From Balanoglossus misakiensis (taxonomy: Eukaryota > Animalia > Hemichordata): a stretch of 64,000 nucleotides of DNA. Below, piece after piece: positions 61,003-64,000 of this stretch. Each line of letters begins with the position of its first letter. Position 1 is the stretch's first letter. The DNA is taken from contig CM082596.2 of the NCBI GenBank assembly GCA_040954595.2, positions 3,145,039 to 3,209,038 of the forward strand, in the 5' to 3' direction. Below the pieces are notes generated by a model that did no database searches, was not told the origin of the DNA, and saw only the letters and a list, made by a program, of their open reading frames with translations. Both the position numbers and the translations under genes were made by a program.

Positions 61003-63127
61003 ATGGGGGATGTGCAATGCGTACTTGTTTTCGCTAAGCTCGTTTCTTTTCAAAAAGCGGCAAAACGAGTTCGTTCTCTCCTCGAACAAGTGGTCGAGGA
61101 TGACGACCAACTGAACGGAAAGGTGATTGTCAAGAAATATAAAGGCGGAGACAAGTGGCCCACCGATGACTTCGCTACCACCACGGTCGTCGTCGTAATC
61201 GACGCCAGACAAAGTCGTGTTTGTCTCGTCCAATCGAGGCGAGACAGCAGTATTGACCACAGGGCAGAATTGGACATGCTTTATAAGACATCCACAAAAC
61301 CAAAAGGTAAATGTTTAAATACACAGATATTTTTATAGCAAAGTTTTCGATCTGCAGCTTTATTATCTGGCCAGATAGCCCAAACTTTTGATTGCGCGTG
61401 TGCTGCAATTTCTAAATTATTTTAAGTGCAGTGTTTGTATGTATTCGATCTCGAAGGGTGTTGCTATCAACGACCTTTGATTTTATGTCATCGCCCCTTT
61501 GCTTTTTCTGTTGTACTAGCAGCGTGCTTTTAGTATTAACTGTTGATTTTGAAAAATACAACACAGCTTTTTATTTTATTTTATTTTATTTTTATCAAAG
61601 GTTCAATTTTGGTTGTTATATACGGAGATAGCCAATCTGAAAATATGAGTGACGACAAGCTGGTCGCCGACAAGTGGATTCAAACTTGGAAATTCAATGA
61701 CAAAGTGGCGCAGACTCTCGTTCAGCGCAGTAGACTATTTTCCATATCGGACAATTTTAACGCAAAACAGGTGGCAGTCATTGTGGACTATTTGTACAAG
61801 TTACCACTGATTCCGATTCATGCCCCGGACTCCAACGTTCTGGTCATCGGAAAGAGAGACCCGCTGACGGAAGAAGCTGCAGAACTCCGCCGCGACCCGT
61901 TTCTCACCGATCACATCGTTCAGCACGAGCGTCAGTTTACCGTCCAGGAATCGAAGTACATCTCGCTCGTTCACGGACAATGTGACGACGCAAACGGCCA
62001 CCTGAGAACATACTTCGTCGACGACCTCGCAACGCCGAAGGTCTGCGATCTACCTGACGGACAAGAGATTAATTTGCTCACCACTAAAGACTTTAAGGAC
62101 TACGGAATTGATAACATGATGGATTTTCACATTGTCCAGGTGCCTCGTGTGCTCTGGTTCAACCGATTTCCAAAATTCGACCAAGTTCTACTGGTACCTC
62201 ACTGTGGCGTCTGTTTCTGTAGACTGACCGCGGAACAAGATCGCATTGGACAGCACCTCAAGTCAGCACTAAGTAGGTATAACAAACGTCCCGAATGTTG
62301 TAACTTTGAAAATTAAGAATGTTATTAGCCATAAACTTTTATCCACGATTAACCCGAAGATGACGAATTCTTAAAGGAAGCTCGTGCTTTTTTATAGCCG
62401 AGTACAGTACAAAAATAGGCCATAGGCTAAAGTAGACTTCTAAGTCGCCCTACTTATCAATGTTTATTGAAATAATTCATTCAGCTATTATCGTTAGCCA
62501 TTAGGCCATCACTAACACGATTGTCAATTTATTCTCAGGTAAACTTGGCATTCAGCTGAGCCCCAACGCCAGGGTGCTACCATTAATGACAACTGGCTGT
62601 CAAGAGCCCTCAGTCAGAACGAAGGCTTTGGCATTTGTAGACGACGCAATTGAAAAGGATGCAAATCTGACTGACGAGTCCAAAACCGCTCTCAAAAGAC
62701 AACTTGGGTGTTTTAGCGAGGACGACAGTTTTATCTGGGACTTGTATACGATGCATATGTACAACTTCCAGCCAGGTCAGTTGAATATTCATCGGCTTTC
62801 ATATACGAAACACTAGTTTTTTCAAACCCGACATGTCCGAATACGAGAGACTTGAACAAAGTACTCTGTACACGTCTGCATTGGTAGAAACCTTTAATCC
62901 TTGCAAAATTGTTAACATTTTTCTCTGACCAACTCTTTAAACTGCTGAGAAACGTCAACCGCAAAGTGTTTTTCATTATGAGACGCTGGTAATTTTGTCT
63001 TTCAGGACTAAAACCAAAAGAGCATCGACTGGACACTCAATCAGCCTCTACAGATCAAAAGGGACATGGACAGAGAAAAGAAGAATCAAATCTGCACAGT
63101 GAAGATTGTTCACTACCTATGGCATAG
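61003..63127 (+). CDS. Uncharacterised protein, paralog B: TIR-like alpha/beta N-domain plus degenerate IFI44-like P-loop domain, ~444 aa, 4 exons
   Basis: Exons 61003-61306, 61601-62272, 62539-62775 and 63006-63127, with phase-1 GT-AG introns and continuous frame. AATAAA at 63175-63180. Colinear with paralog A. Confidence 0.83.
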
Positions 63128-64000
63128 TGGAGGGACCCCGGTTGAGCAGACTTACAGACGTACACGCCCTATTGAATAAACGAACGTGTTTACCTTAGAA
63201 CTAACATTCTACGACATAGGAAGTTTCTTAACGAGATTTTAACGACAGCATTAAACGACATCAAAAATGAGTTGGGGATCTTTATCGGGGATTTTAGAAT
63301 GGCCGAGATGTGCAGGGTCGAACTGTTGCAGGTTTTTATTAATGACTGTGTGTTACCATTGTTATGGACTCTATCTAGGACTGAATTTATGCCTCGAAGA
63401 GCGTCGGCGCACCTAATGTATTTTGACTCAGCGTAATAAAGTATGGGCGCTTCACCATTGGTAAGCACCAACGCCCAAAATTCTACATCGCCTTGTCCGT
63501 CTTTGTCTCTCTCTCTCTGCTTTTGGGTCTGTACTTAATACTCTCGCAAAAACATTGCAATCGACGTGTGTTAAACCAATGTGCATTAAAAATACTTCAC
63601 TATATGTATCCGTCATTCAAAATATTTATGTTTCAGTTGATTGGTTATTCGTTTATTTATTTTTGCTTGGCTTTGATATTTGTATTTACTAGTCAATGTT
63701 ATTATACATTTACTATACATAAAGACAAAAAAGACATAAAAATAAAACTCTGGTTTTTTTTTCTCTCCGATGTATTATGTTTGTGAAATTTCCATGGATA
63801 TGAACTACAACACATATGTGTGTACACACTCTTTAAATGTCATATATGTCAGTTAACGAATCAATCAATCAATCGAATAATTAAATAAGTGATATTTTCT
63901 TAGTACACTAGTCTAGAGAAATTAGCTACAAAGTCAAACCATGCATGTGATTTCGGACGGGTTTACAAACGGTCACATTGAAAGTATTGTTATTTTTTTG

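Noticed and set aside
47717-63127. Prokaryotic defence operon or contaminant interpretation of the cluster
   Set aside because: The genes have spliceosomal GT-AG introns, poly(A) signals and mixed orientation, and are contiguous with an animal PTPN23.

Overview
Intron-containing animal genomic DNA (AT-rich introns, GT-AG splice sites, microsatellites; probably a marine invertebrate, which is an inference). No prokaryotic operon, rRNA, tRNA or CRISPR array is visible. Left part: CpG-rich promoters at about 2.3-5.2 kb, then a probable ~21.8 kb 5'-UTR intron carrying a TIR-bounded MITE and a perfect hairpin, then a single-coding-exon 8-finger C2H2 zinc-finger gene (27037-29253). Middle: a complete 21-exon PTPN23/HD-PTP gene (36119-46023, about 2159 aa by my manual splicing). 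Right 16 kb: a compact five-gene cluster that looks like an innate-immunity locus. It contains (1) an LRR protein fused to a caspase-8-like domain with both catalytic residues lost; (2,5) two oppositely oriented 4-exon paralogs with a TIR-like N-terminal domain and a degenerate IFI44-type P-loop domain; (3) a protein with two ubiquitin-like domains and an intact IFI44-like GTPase domain; (4) a stand-alone LRR protein. This cluster is the best candidate for an undescribed system. All exon models and domain calls were made by eye from splice signals, frame continuity and motifs; no database search was run.
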